The notes: a model not told the origin generated them from the letters alone. Positions 24,939 to 39,525 are shown, counted from the stretch's first letter. The stretch is 64,000 nucleotides of DNA from Takakia lepidozioides (GCA_030704615.1 CM060731.1:4588001-4652000), one strand, 5' to 3'. A program made the numbers and translations.

Positions 24939-26185
24939 CGCTCGAAATCAGCCCTTTGTTTCTCAATTCTGCTAGGGCTACAAAATGCTGGGGATAAGTG
25001 CGGAGGTGGTGACTATTACAATGTCCACTTGGATCCTCCTTGGCTACAGGTTTGCTGATCTAGTGTACAATATGGCAATTTTTTCACAGCATGTATAGAT
25101 TGCACAGGCGACACATCTGGAAATGGGGGCAGAAATAGGTGACTCCAAGAGCCCATGTATTGTTGAAAACTAGCCATCATGAAAATGCGAGGATAACATT
25201 TCAGGTACCATAGCCCAATTTCAAGGAGCAATCTGGTACTACTGACTCAAGTGAAACAACAGAGTTTTAGGCACCATAGCCCAATTACAAAGAACAATCT
25301 AGCACTACTGACACAAGTGAAAAAACAGAGTTGTAGGCACCATAGCCCACTAAAAACATGCATTCTGGCACTAAAGAAACAAGTCCAGAAATGGAAGCCA
25401 ACCACCATGGCCTGAAGAGTGGAACACATCCAAATGGCCTATGTAAATGTCGGGAATGTCACTACACTTGCGGAAATGATGGAAACAAAGGGAGAGCTCT
25501 GCTTTAGCAAATCAGAGTTCTCAGCTACACTACAAGACACAAATTTCTACTTCTATTCAAACCGTCCATAACTCCCAAGGCACAACCCCCCTTCAGTTGT
25601 CAAAACAGGCATCATAGGGAAAATTGTCCAGACCAAAGAACTTTTGGCCATACATTCCCATGACCACTGGCAGGTGCGGATCCAAAGCGGACCGCAGCTT
25701 GCTCTTCAGAAATGACAGAGACAATAACATTCTCGAGAGAATTTGGAGCTTAATTATCCTTCTCGTATTCAGATTATCCTAGCACTTGTGGTCCTCTGCG
25801 TCCGGCTTAGCAAATGCGTGGTTATTTTGTAGTGAGGTGTGCTCAAGTGTCTATAGTCCGATTTGTTATCACGCCTGGTTTCTTTCCTATCCCTAAATCG
25901 TTTCATTTTAACATTCTTGAAAGAATCGGAGCATAATTATCCTTCTCATATCCAGATTAGGATTCCAAGAAAAGTCTGGTTTTGCATTAACAGTAGAACA
26001 ACACTATTGCATGGCCAAAAAGTGGCAATTAGATTTACACTCACTGCTCCAGCTGGACTACCTCTGCACCGCGTACTTTACAGCCACGGTATCCACAGTA
26101 CAAGATACTCACACCAGACATCTAAAAACACTTTGTAATGATAACTTGTACTCAGAGCCCTCCCACAGCTGCACCAAGTCTAGGC

Positions 26186-29100
26186 TTAAGGCAATGCATA
26201 TGTGGCGCGCACATACTCCGCAATTGCTGCACTTTCAAACATCTTCACCCCTGTATTTGGATCCTCCAGATACGGCGCCTGTCAAGCACCACCGGCGAAG
26301 TTGTAAGGTTTCATTGGAAAGATGAAACCACTCACTCTTTGCACTTCTGGTCGCCTACTTTTTAGTCTCATGGGACTCGTGGATACTGTATGCACTGGTT
26401 TTTAGCAGAGGGCCTGGCTAACATTCTAAAATGCAGAAGATCAAGTTGGAAACGAAGAGGAGGTCAACTCAGCTTAACCCAATAAAGCTGGCCAATATAA
26501 TATGAGAAAAAGAACCTGAGAAACAACACAAGGAACCCCAGCACAGCTCAAACATTACCCCACTACATTTACGGGCAGGTTGCCATTTGCACCTGAGAGC
26601 AAGTCTAGCCCTGACAATTATCTGGCAACATCAGCCAGCTGGGGAAGGTGCTGAACCCTGCCCTTCCCATGGTGTCTACGCATCAGTTTGGGAGACAGGT
26701 AGAGAGGAGAGATGTGGCTTACTAGGCCAGTACACATGATACACTTCAAGTGATACCACCTTATTATGAGGCCTCGTGCATAATGCAAAGCTCAGACTGG
26801 CCAATGTCAGGAACCTGAGTCTCAGTGACTTTCATACCCTCACTGGTGCTATCCACTTAACCAGTCCAGTTTTCAAGTTGAAAAGTTGAAATAGCGAGAT
26901 TACTAACATCCATTGCGACATAAGAGTTTCGAGTCCCCTCTTTTTGGTGTCAACGATGAGGACTAGGACCAACCTGGAATTTGCCGGTCTTCTGCTTCAA
27001 TATGTCTCTCTTGGCACTTCCCCGTGCACAACTATCACCCCCAACATGTAGCAAAGTGTTGATGTTGGTAGAAGATATAAACTTGGATCTACGGGTTTTC
27101 AGGTTTGAGAACATTGCAGGAAAAAACATCGGTATTGAAAAGCAGCGCATTTGGAAATAGGTTACCTGTGATAAACATGTGGTATTTCCAATTCTGACAA
27201 GACCTCCCTTACGATCTTGCAGAAGGGTGATGCCTGCACCCACAATCCATCGGACCTATTTGTGAGCTACAAGCACATGTGGTCTCAAGGAAATATTAGG
27301 AGAACTGTAACTCATCACAGATACCTATGTGGTTTTTTACAGCCCCTTAACCAAAGGAATGTAAACTGGTTTTTGAAATGGTTCAGACGATTGGGTGTGC
27401 ATCAGCACGGTGGAACCAACTTCCTCACCAGCCTTTCTCAGGTTCCAACTCAGAAATTGAATAGGGCCATTTCTGTTAGCCTTTTTGAGGCAAACACAAT
27501 ACACTCCAATTTCAGAATGTACAAACAACTTGAGATAACAAAAGTGAGACACCAACCTCATAAGCCCAAACCTCCAGAGGGATTTCAGGCACTCTTGACG
27601 GCACATAGGTGGAGCCCTGCACTCACATACCAAAAACTAAGAAATCATGTGACTTATTAGCATCTGGTACTTGAGGTGCCATCTGCAGTCCTTGTATCCC
27701 TACTTGTTTGACACCATTTGCATAGATACTGCTGATATACATGGCACAATTTCAACCCAAAGCTGGAAAGGTCTGAAATCTATTGTGCTCAGTGCAGGAG
27801 CTCCCACATATGGCCCCAAATATTTGGAGAGAACAAATCGAGGTGGAAATTGCAAGGTTGGACATGGCCTATAGACTTTGTCCAAACCATCATCTTGGCA
27901 GCTGTCCTAAGCTGTCAGATAAGCTGCCAGTCCATTCCCGAATCCGACTTACTAATGACTTATCTGATGCCGAATGTTGCAACTTCTTGTCTACCTATTT
28001 AATCCATTTACCAGCTGAGGTATTTAAAATGGAGATAGTCCCTTAATCGAAGCAGAGAAGAAGAAGGGGGGAGAAAGGGCAGACTGCATGCCTTGCCTCC
28101 ACGACCAGCCAAAGCCAAGCCTGCAGTGAGCGTCTGCCATATCATAACCAGAATGTGTCACTCACTGGGCCATACCAGAAACAAAATCCTTGGACATCAA
28201 TATTACTTATTCACATGGATGCAACCTGGCCTGGTTTACCCAAACTAACTGAATAAGATTCTGGTGATCACAACCTGTCTCACTTCACAGCTGAATATCC
28301 TATAGAGCACTTATTTGACGTCAGGACTTCACAGAATATTTATGATGAGGACAGGGCTTAGGCCACTTCAATCTGTAGGGCACTGAAGTTAGAGCATGAT
28401 GCAGGAAGTTAGAGCAAGTTTGTGCTGAATCTTACAGTGAAGAGTCCAAGTCTGAGCGTAAGAGGGACTTGCCCATCACCTGCAGCATCATTATCATGTG
28501 CTTTTGAGTTGGACCACAGAGGCAACGTACTTGAAATCTACTGCCATACTTTGCCTAAGAATGGAAATACAAGAGAGTGACGAAGGGAAAGAGAGAGAGG
28601 ACAAATGAAGCTTCATGTGGGGTATATGCCCTTTTGTTGCCACCAAGAAAGTGAGATCATGACAAACACCCCTATGGGAGTTCAAGATCAAAATAAAATT
28701 TAGAGTCAACTAGGTTAAGCAACGAGATAGGCAACATGCTTCTGCAAGTGGTCCAACTAACCATATTTGTCAACTAAATACTTGATGATGCCATCTGATT
28801 CGTACATCGACACACCCGTGTTTGGATCTACCTGATCCCACAAATATCCAGCCCTTGATGAGTACACCACATTGCAACCTCTCGTAATTAGCCACCAACA
28901 TGTTCGTCATAACTCAAAAGGGAGTGCCTTCATTACTAGTCTTCATTACTGTAAGTGCAGTGTTTATCCACACGAGAGGTAACCACATAAAAGAGGATAC
29001 CACATCCAGGGAAATTTTGAAGCTCTTTGGAAGACTTTGTGAACCAATCCAACAATAGGCCAGAGAGAGGCAGAATACAACTTCATGGGAAAAGAAATGA

Positions 29101-31614
29101 AAAATGAAGACTGCAGCCTCATATAGAAATCAAAGAGTGCACGACGATTCTATTTTCCTTCCATTGCAATGCTACCTGCTAAGATTCCCCACAGACATCC
29201 TCAGTTCCCAACAGTAGGTGCGTATGTTATTCAGTTTCTGTCATCTTCCAGAAGGATAATAGGACAACTTTGAGAAGGAAATGTGACTACTATTATGACA
29301 AGGGAAAAAAGCCCTATAAAACAACAAGGAGCAAAAAAATCAGAGAAACCACTAGAATGAACAGTTGAGAAGGAAAAATACATATGTAAGGGAGTAAACA
29401 AAGTTGCCTTTTACATTTTGAACAGACCAAAGACATAACACAATGCAGTTGCCATGAATTGACGCAAAAAGAACCCAAAAAGAGTCTTTCCATGCTGCAA
29501 AGTTGCAAAAACCTGAGGAATGGGGATTTGGATTTTACCACATAGGTTGAAAATTTTAGAGTCAACATAACCATTCAGATCATATCAATACCAGAGTGTA
29601 TCAGATGGAATTTTTGCACATACCATATAAGGAAACTGTTTTTTCCCACCGAGCTCAATGGCCTTGGGCCGAAAGTTTGGGCCATTCTTTGGGCAGGGGT
29701 AGAACAGCACGTCCAGGTCCAAAATGGATACAATCTCTCTCACCTGTTAGCCCACGGTGTTGCAGCCACCCTCCATCAACTTTTGTGCACAATGTCCTGA
29801 CGCAACAGACCTAATGGCTGTGTCAAAGCTCTTGACAACTACTTTTCTCCCTAGCAATTAGGGACTCAAGATATAGTGGAAGGAGATGAGAAACAGATGG
29901 AGGAAGGTCATGATATAGACTGAAGACCAGAAGGAAGGCTCAGAAATCGACGTAGACCTCCACACTCACAGAAACAAGGCAATCCCATGCTGCTGATGCA
30001 GCGATGAGGCTAGTGTAAGGTAGGAAGAGACCAATGTATTTACCTTGCGGCAGAAAGGGCAACTTTAACGTGTCACATGCCCCCACAGCCACCCCGCACC
30101 AAAACCAACATACTCTGTCAGTAGAATTAAGACAATTAAAACAATCATACAGTAGACCTAATTTGACAAGAAACGGAAAACTGCAGAGCTTGCCACCAAC
30201 TTTTAGAAAACCATCACATAAGTGCAGTGCAAACCCTTCAAACTCATAAATCTCAATGGGTTTCTCTGGCCGTGGTCCTGGATATCCTGTCTCCACGAAC
30301 TTGCGACCTGCAAAAATTGCATAAGGTGGGAAGACAGTCCCTACAATGAGCATTTCCACCATTCACCAAGTAGGATGGAGCAGAAACCATGCCAATTGCT
30401 ACATCACCTAAGTAATTTGCATACAGAACCAACAGCTTTACACCCGTGTGCTGCCACCCTATGTACAAGCGTTCAATGTCACCATGTGTGGACCTCACAC
30501 TAGTCATGGGGCAAACCTTGCAGAAGGTTGAAAAGTTTGAATTTGACACAGTTTACTAGGCACTCTGTGCAGGTTACAAACAAGAGGATGAGACAGAATT
30601 ACCTGCAAAAGGAATGGCATACTTTTCATCTGAAACCTCTGCCGCAGGAGAAGACTCAATTTTGTACCTACAAATCACATAAGGCATACGCCCCAACAAG
30701 ATCCAGCAGAGAGATAAGTTGTTTGTAGAACGCTATTATTTACTAGCAACACGAAAATAATATAAAAATTAGGTGTGATATTAAAGATGAACAAGATATA
30801 CCATAAGTGTCTCAGAATGGTGAAACCGTTAAGTATAGATTGGCTTAGTTATTGAAGGAAGCACCGGCCCTAGTATTTCAGAATCCTGGATCTTCGTATA
30901 GATCCGGTCAGAGCAGCTAATAACTGCAGAACCGCGGTCTACCTCACTTGTAGTTCCCTCACAGCTGGAACACTGATGAAAAAGTATAATTTGAGCCAAA
31001 GGTCCTATTCTGACCATCATTCCCCTGGAAAATCGGTTACCTACAGCAATGCTGCAGACTTTGGGGGCTTGGGAATCCAAAAAAGAAAACCCCTGCAAGT
31101 CCTACATGATCAAAAGTGCGAGAATGACACACCTGAAGGGGTGGGAAGCCAGGGGAAAAGGAAAAAGAGAGAAAAAGGTGGAGCAATGTTCGCGTGCGTC
31201 CCATACAGAAGGATGAACAAGAAGCTAATCAATCAGCCGGCCAACCAAAACCACAAAGAGAATCCCACTTTACCCTTTGACAAATGTGCCAGAGCCGAAG
31301 CGGAAAGGCAAGCCCAACGAGCTGCTAAGAACAGCACCGATCTGATCAGGGCGAACACTAAAGGGCCCACCCTTGTAACCAGAGGAAGAGCCCTCGCTGG
31401 AGCTGCTAGGTATTGAAGAGGGACCTATCTCCTCCACCGTTTCAGGCTCCTTCGTATCTGTGGTAGACGAATTCTTGAGCTCAGCACTTGGATTCTTCAC
31501 AGACCTGGTGGTAGTTCCCATGGGACGACGTCCAGCTACCCCCCCACCTGTAATTCCAGATACCAGCGATGGCACGGAGGCGGGCGAACGCATCCATGTT
31601 GTACCTCCCCCCAT
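26186..31614 (-). CDS. Plastid-type thioredoxin-fold protein with two GST N-terminal domains (At5g03880-like). 12 exons: 31614-31274, 30667-30603, 30307-30235, 30062-30044, 29743-29624, 28831-28762, 28479-28436, 28133-28092, 27616-27557, 27233-27166, 27031-26974, 26278-26186
   Basis: Spliced translation GPRPEKPIEIYEFEGCPFCRKVRE...QFPYMVDPNTGVSMYESD...WAYEASPFCKIVRE...CARGS...PYLEDPNTGVKMFES; S/T/G-rich transit-like N-terminus. Confidence 0.92.
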
Positions 31615-32459
31615 CGGAGCCCTTGCCCAAGCTTGAACCTTTCTTTCACAACAATCTTCAACAGTAATCCACCTCCTAGAGAGCTTTTCAGCGTGTACCT
31701 ATTCCCTAATATATCTATGTCAATTCCTTGCTATCAATGTCCTGATCCGCTCAAACAACACCTCTCGATCTCTCGCTCTCTCTCGCATCTGTCGCTTCTC
31801 TCGCAGTCTCCATCGACAAAAGTACTTACCATTTCACTTCATCTCTCATCTCGAGTGTTGTGTACAGCGAAGCCCAAATATGCAATGACATCCTGCCGCG
31901 TGGTGATGAAATACCGCACCACGTGGGATAGCGAGATAGCCCACCAAAGAAAGTAAAAAGTGGGATACTCTTCCCACTTAAGTTCCACCCCATTCGCAAA
32001 GAGAATCCCACTAGGTGATTTGAGAAACAGCACGAGTGGCTACTGGGTTTTGCAAGAAATAGCCGTATATTCTGTTCATCCACTGAAATTTGGATAGAAT
32101 CATTCAGGCTCCTCTGCACTTTCATTCAGTGTTGTTATCCATATTTGGCAAATTTATACATAATTTATTGTTTATTTGGAGAAGGTTGTGGTCGAAATTT
32201 GGCCAAGAAAAAAAATGTGGAGTTGTGAGTCTTTTCTTTTTCATTTTTTATTTTTTAGGGGGAAACGGGACTGTGCCTCATCCGTCACTGCAGTTTAGGG
32301 ATGATGTGGTTGCCCGGATACCTTTTTGTCCATATTTTTGTAAATTCATGGATTTTGTCTACATCTTCCGTAGATTGCAAGCTGATTATTATTATTATTT
32401 TAAAGAAAGGGGATGGAGGCCCGTAAGATACAACTTGGATTCCTTGTGGGCTCTCTCTA

Positions 32460-33945
32460 TCTTTCGAAACAATCTTTCTATCTTCTTTGTGCAAGAAACC
32501 ACTTACGAGTCTCACTCTATCTTCCCATTCTCCATAGACCCTTCAACAATGTCGCTGCAGCTCCTCTCGGACCAGCCCCTCAGCATCCCCTTGTCCCCTC
32601 TCACCCCAGTCAGGATCTGTGGATGGACATTAGCCACAAAAGAAATGAACCCTATCCCACCTCCTCTGTCCCCTCTACCTGCTTGGTTGAAATCGAACAG
32701 ATTCTTCTGGGTATTGGGCAGACCTTTAGCTGAACTCCCCCTGGACCCTAAAGAATGGTCGTGGAACTTCCCTAGGGGGCCTCATCCCTTCTTCACTTAC
32801 ACAACCAAGAAGGGTTACAAAGCCCTTCTCAATGCCCAACCTATGCAGTCTAAATGGGATTCCAAATGGCACCACCAGGGGTTTCTAAATGAGAAGTGGC
32901 CAATCATCTGGGGATCTGTATGGATAAAAACCTGCCCAGCTAAGGTGGCGGCCTTCCTCTGGCAGATTGTCAACAGAGTCCTTAAGGTAGGAGAGTGACC
33001 AGGTTTTTCGGAAGTTTTCGTAGATGACTGCTGCTGCTAGTCCTTGTGAAACGCGTTGAATGTCTGCACAGAGTTTGGCCCAAGCTTTGCGGGATTCAAT
33101 AATTAGATCATAGAAGACAAGAGTGAGGAGAGCAGAAATGGAACTGGTGGTGTTAGAGAATGTCTTGGAGCATCTAGCCTTCCAGAGATGCCAAAAAACA
33201 GAGCCTCGGAGAGTTTCAAACACAGGGCAGTTCACAGCTTTCTGTTTGGTTTGGGGATCATAGTTGAGCAAGAGGTTAGTGACAGAAAGGTGCCTTAGGC
33301 TCCAGTGGTGATAGAAACCTCTCACAAGTGGCCAGATGGATTTGGGAGCCAGACAGAAAAGAAGAGCATGTTCTATGGTTTCCAGAATTCCTGATGGGCA
33401 GCATAAACCGAGAATGGAGGTGGGATCATCTGTGTCACCTCCTCGGAGGACTCCTGCTCATGGTCAGAGCTTCCGCCCTTATAATGGAGGAACAAGCGCG
33501 CATCAATTCACTGCATCCCCGGAGTTTGACCGGGAGGTTAACTGGAAGCACCTGAAGACCTCGGCGAATGCCTCCAAGCTTAGCTATCGTTGAGCACCAA
33601 TAATTCTGGGGATTCTAATCGCTGCTAATCCCTAGGACTCCTCCTTGTCGGATTAGGCTCATTATGGTTAGATACTGGTCCTAATCATCCTGATCTGGTC
33701 CCCTTAAGTTTCTTTTCAGTGTCATCCACGCCCCCGTTCTCGGGGGTGGCAAAGTTCATCCAACTGCCAAGATCTTTCTTCACTGATTACGGTGTGTGTG
33801 CCTTACGGCGTCTATGGGGTTTTAATTTTTTTCCCCGAATAATCCTACATAAATTGTAAGGGCTATTGCCCCACAAACTTTATAATAAAAGTTCACTAGG
33901 GCTATAATCCCCCTGTTGTTATTAAATAAAAATAAAAATAAAAAT
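32460..33945 (+). mobile_element. Degraded L1-type LINE 3' end (zf-RVT region), segment of about 33000-33325 inverted
   Basis: YTTKKGY...W..W...PAKVAAFLWQ on +; FWHLWKARC..TF on -; (TAAAAA)n tail near 33925-33945. Confidence 0.55.
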
Positions 33946-34026
33946 CCTACTCTGTTGTAGGCCCTATAAATAAATTTCGTATCCAAATGACATGAAATTC
34001 ATGGCACAGAACCTGCTCCATCATGT

Positions 34027-34544
34027 ACTAGGGTAGCCTGTGTTGTTGGCCCAAGTGTCCAGTGTCATCTAAGCCCATGTGCAATCTCCTATGTATCCAA
34101 GCGCGTCTCCTATGTCGAGGCCCAAGTGCGACCTCTAGGGTAGCTTGTGCCGTTCGCCCATGTGTGAATAATTGAAATCTAAGACCAAGTGCAATTTCCT
34201 ATGTCCTATGTCCAAGCCCATCTAAGCCCAAGTGTAATCTTTTATGTATCCAAGTGCATCTCCTGTGTAGAGGCCCAAGTGTCCACTGTCATTTAAGACC
34301 AAGTGCAATTTCTTATGTATCCCAGTGCGTCTCCTATGTCGAGGCCCAAGTGCGACCTCTAGTGTAGCCTATGTCGTTGGCCCATGTGTGAAACTTGGGC
34401 TTAGATTTCAATTCTTCACACATGGGCCAAATGGCACAGACTACCCTAGATCTCCCAAACATTAGGGTCTCTGGATACATAGGGGATTGCACTTGGACAT
34501 AGATGACACTGGACACTTGGGCCAACGGCACAGGCTACCCTAGT
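34027..34544. repeat. Foldback/MITE-like element with about 75-bp imperfect inverted ends and internal degenerate repeats
   Basis: ACTAGGGTAGCCTG... vs ...CAGGCTACCCTAGT; recurring GGCCCAAGTG. No clear TSD. Confidence 0.6.
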
Positions 34545-35334
34545 TGATACCTAAATTATCAGATTTTTTGGGTACCTCCTATTGAGGTGGGGTACAGCAT
34601 CTTCCAAGAATATCCTAGAAAATATTTCAATGCAAAATGAAAACACCCACATGCCATGATGTGGGGCAAATGTCATGAAATGTCTGCTCATTTGAGCATA
34701 AGCAACCCAAAATTTACATTTCCAATAAATAAATAAATACAAATAGAATTAACAGTTAAAAGATCAGGGTATGAAACCATTCTCCGATTGTCGACATCAA
34801 CACACCAAGCACCAGTCAGTAGCTCAGTCGGATAGTGCACTAAGTGCCACCTAGATGATTATGGATCAAATCCTGCCATATATATACATATATAAGCCTC
34901 CCAAAGGAAGAATAAATTATGGTGTCTCTTGACCCCGAAGGACTAGTGCCTTCCACTAGGAAGGTGGACACCTTTGTGACACCAATGGGTGGATTGAACT
35001 CACAACCACTTCTGAGGTAGTGTCGTAGTGGAAGGGCAGATTAGGCACTTCAGTGCCTAATAATTATTAAATCTGGAATATTCTCTTTAGGCACTTCCAA
35101 GAAGAATTTATATAGATTATACACACGTCATCCATGATTTCTCATGTTTAGGCACCTTTCATCACTTGGAACTCTCTCCTTTCATCCCCCTCCCTCTTCT
35201 TTCCCAAGACAAACCCTAGCACAAGTCCTGTCCTTTGCAACAGTGCTCTCTCTTTTGTAATGGAGATGGCGTCAGAGAGCACAGTACACGACACGGACCA
35301 GTGTTGGCCAGGTATCATGTTTTGTAGAGACTTT

Positions 35335-35520
35335 CCGGTTCAGGTTATGGAATCTCTTCTTAGTGGAGGCAGTGGGTGTTATCAATAAGGTTTATAATCT
35401 GAAAGTGAGCCCATTTAAGGTTCTCAACACATGAGTTATAAATTCTTTGCAACGGATATCCATTTGCCGGTTATTGTAGGGCATTCACCGCCGGTTATAA
35501 GTTCGGGTTCTCCATCCCTA
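35335..35520 (-). repeat. hAT-type terminus (TAGGGATG on the minus strand) with CCGGTTAT subterminal motifs
   Basis: ...GGGTTCTCCATCCCTA ends at 35520; partner end not identified. Confidence 0.45.
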
Positions 35521-36599
35521 CACCAAAATACAAGGTGGGCAATTGGAAAGAAATTGACGTATTATTGGCATAACTATCAATCTGATACCTTGAAATAGAT
35601 AAAATTTCAACACATTAAGAAACCTATAGGGGTTTAGAGAGTTTAGAGTGGCTAAAATAAATCTTCACATCAACCACTTCAAACCCATTGCAAGATTGTA
35701 CTTCAGGGTGATTGTAGGCTATGGTGAATATATTTTTGTGTCACAGCACGTGTTTTACAGGGCATAGTTTGATTCAATTGTACCTTAGAGACAAATTTTT
35801 ATTACAGTAATGAAATGTGACTCACTCTTATGTTTCCAACTACTACAAGCTCTAATCTTTAAATTCTCACCAAAAAATGAAGTTGATTTGTCGAAGTAAT
35901 GGACTTTAGAAAAGTGCATACGACAGTGTCACAGTGCATAAAAAAGGGTCTTATGGACTTTTTGCACTCACTATAGAAAACAAATATGATAAAAGGGACT
36001 CATATTAGTATTGCTCTACTCCTAAAGATACTAAAGTCCTATAGAGACCATCACAAAAGTAAAAGTTCTTACTTCTATATATTATTGTGAGCCTTCGAAA
36101 AACTGATTTTTGCCAAAGTACATGAATGCATGGAAACAAAATAAAACAATGGACTTGTTTCACTAAAAGGTACATTTCATGTAGATGAAGATTAGCTTGA
36201 GTCCCACTATGCGATATAATAAAAATATAAAAATATAAAATAAGAAAATAGATATAATGTCTGTTACTAGGAAAAATAGAAATAATGCCATAGTATTTGT
36301 TACTGTCAACTTTAGACGGTCCATATCTTTCAACATGGATGAATCTAGCGACTATAATTTTTCCATAATTAAAACACCTTGGGACTTCTTGTGTAAGCCA
36401 CCCCGTGACTTTTCTGAGCCACCGTAGCCTGCAGTCACCCTTGATGTATGTAAAATAATGGAAGGACCTAATCAAACAAATTAGTGTGTCCTTCACCAAC
36501 CACCAATTTCTTCGAAATACCCTGATTCTTCTATCAAATCAGAGTTATCCTCCATTAAGGCTGCCTCTGCATCCATAAAAACTTTGTAGTCGATGTAGG

Positions 36600-38350
36600 A
36601 TAGCAACCAAGTCGAAGGTCATATGGTCAGTTCTTTGACAAGCATTACCAGACGATCTAAATTTTATGTCTGCAATCGGCAACGCCTAAGAGATGTTAGC
36701 ACCCCTGCAATACTGAATACTCGTTCAGTCTCTATCTGTGAACCAGTGATGCCAAGTATCTGCTTGGCTAAGAAGGCACAATTTCCAAATTGCGCTTCAT
36801 GGTCATTCCATCAAGCAAGGGGATTTAAAGAGTCAACAGTAGAAACGGACAGTCGCCTGAAGAGAGACAACTCGTTTTTTACTAAAGCGCTCGAAGACTC
36901 TTCCTCCGAAGTCCCTACACTAAAAAGGCTTTGACTCCTTAACCATTTCAGAGGCGGCTGCATCCTCACACGCACATGCACGGGGATTTAAGAGCTTGAA
37001 GCAAATCAGAAGCCAGGGGATGAGTGACTTGGAGTCATAATCAGAGACCACACGAATGGTTGTACCACGGCCCACATAGTCACTAACTAGCTTGAGCCCT
37101 TTGAAACAAGGATCTAACATAGTGCTAACATGTTATGACATTTGTTGGCATTAAAAGAACCTAAAAACTGCAAAAAAAGGTTCCAAGACATTGATCACTT
37201 CTTGTCGCATCCTGCACTGCAAAGTAATGAGCTCCGTATCAAACACATTTGGCCCTTCAATTTCATCCTCAAACTGCATTTTTTCTTCTTTCATGCGCAT
37301 TGTCAACATCACAACAGTGCTGAACGCATCATAGAGTAGCCAGTGACCTCGGCTTTCATTCATGATACATGATGTGACTACAAAATTCAATGATGAGGTT
37401 ATTGCCTCTGCTATGGCCCAGACCTGCGGCTTTGGTAGCCTTGCCTACAAGGATGAAGTTTGTCTGGTGATGATAGCTTCCTTGAATTCAAGGGTTTCTT
37501 AAAACATAATAACTTTGGAGGCAAATGTTGTTTTCACAGTCCTGCAATGCGTGCACGGCTATTGCACCCATTGAACGGATGTGGTTGAAGCCCCTCTTTT
37601 GTCCGCATGTGCTTGAACATGTGCGGAGACACAACCGACGAATAAATCATTTGCCTCCCCATCGACACCAAGCCATTCCATAATGTAATTGAATTTAAAT
37701 TAATCTGTCTTCAACTTGCGGGGCCGTATGCCAGAATCAATACATGCTTTGTTCCATTCAAGATGACCTTTTCCACTCTTCTTTGTCCAAGTAATAGTTT
37801 TATGTAGAGCTGCTTGCGCATCTTTCACTGAGGCTGCCCTGAAGCCAACACTTACCTTAAGGTCATTTGTAGCATACTGGCAAGCCTTTGACATCACATG
37901 TCCAAAGCATGTGCCTTCAAAAATTGAGGTAAGAGATAGGGGCACACATGAAACAATTGACCTCAAAGCTATCGCCATAGTATTCAGGTTGTCACCTTCG
38001 TCTTTCATAAAGGCCACGACACGCTGAGTAAGACCATATTTGTCCAATAGTGATTGGAGTTCAACTGCCATAACCGCCCCACATGTATCAGATACTTCGA
38101 ACAACCCTATGGTAACATGAACGGGAAGTTCCCAGTTCTCATTCAAAACGTTGACTACAAGCGCAAATGTGTCTATGCCACCCCTGCTCATCCATAGATC
38201 AAAGTTGGCTAAACAAGTTACACAACCCACCAAAGCAGGTAGCACGAACTGCTCCATGGACTTAGAAACCATCGCTGGCAGGACCTCATGAACAAAAACA
38301 TGGCGAGAAGGAAATACTACACGAGGAGATTGCCTCAATACTAACCTCCT
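36600..38350 (-). pseudogene. hAT transposase, decayed and 5'-truncated by an insertion
   Basis: FDLWMS, KDEGDNL, CFGH, MLDP.FK, and hATC-like SQIETERVFSIAG. Confidence 0.85.
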
Positions 38351-39070
38351 GAGAGAAGCTACCGCGTGAGCGCGCTCACGCTTAGCGCACTAAGCGTGAG
38401 CACATTCCCCTAAGCGTGAGCACATTATTAGCGTGAGCACATAAGGGAAGCGGTGTCTATAACCGTGGAAGAAGCAGGGCCTTGTCGTGGGCGCAAACTT
38501 GTGCAAATTGGAGGGTAACATACCATGGCCGGGACCGAAGACGCCGAGCTCCATGCAAGAAATTTTGAGATGAATGTGCGACGAAAAACTTCTCGATGAA
38601 GCAAGCAAGGATGAATGACAAATAGAAATGGATGAATGTAGGATGAATGTGGGATGAAAAATGATTGGATGAATGTACCACGAATAATTGTGAGGACGCC
38701 TAGAGATCATGCTTGCATTAAATGATTTTTTTTTTTTTTTTCATCCAAAGTTCCTTGTGAGGACGCTTGGAGATCATGCTTGCGTCAACACAAGCATGAT
38801 TCGAAGTTTTTTTTTTGTTTTTTGTTTTTTTCCAAAGTTCCCTGCGATGACTCCTGGGGATCATCCTTGCGTCAACGCAAGCATGATTCGAATATATATA
38901 TATATATATATTTGGGTGGGCCAAAGTTCCCTTTGAGAAGGCCTGGAAAGCATGCTTGCGTCAACGCCAACATGATTTGAAGTTTTTTTTTTTTTTTTTT
39001 TTTTGTGGGCCAAAGTTCCCTTTGAAGTTTGAGGAGGCCTGGAAAACATGTTTGCGTCAGAGTAAGCATG
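38351..39070. mobile_element. Terminus of a MULE-like family member followed by 60-70-bp degenerate tandem units
   Basis: GCTACCGCGTGAGC...CTATAACCGTGGA is shared with 63226-63375 and, as reverse complement, with 4085-4315. Interrupts the hAT ORF. Confidence 0.65.
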
Positions 39071-39525
39071 ATTCAAAGTCGGTTTTTTAAAGCAAACATT
39101 AATTTCGAGTGGAATGGCTTCCATGTCATTTCCCTTACCTGGTCCTAGCAAATCCATTGCCATTCCAAACCTCTATATTTCATTCACTAAGTCAACCAGC
39201 ATTGGCATAGACTTGGAGGAAGTCTGAGAGGTAGAGGTCAAAACCAGAAACAAAAGTAAATGCCAGCTGGAGAACATGAGAAGAAGACCACATCTCGGTT
39301 GGAACGTAGGAGGAAAAGAACATGTCGCGAAATTAGCGATTTTGTCTCGCATGAATGGATTTTCTTCTTAATCCGCGCCTACAAGATAAAGAAGAAAATG
39401 GACTATATCAGGCAAATTCCAGGAGTTCCTCATTCAAGATCCGTTGACGTATAACTCCATTCATCCATATTTTATGCATTCATTAGAGAGAGAGTGAAGA
39501 CTCCGGCCGAAGCCGGCGTATATAA

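Noticed and set aside
32090-32998. 302-aa ORF as a host gene
   Set aside because: The N-terminal part is low-complexity AT-rich sequence and the C-terminal part is an L1 zf-RVT remnant.
34815-34880. tRNA gene (A-box TAGCTCAGTCGG, B-box-like GGATCAAATCC)
   Set aside because: No convincing cloverleaf or acceptor stem; at most a decayed SINE head.
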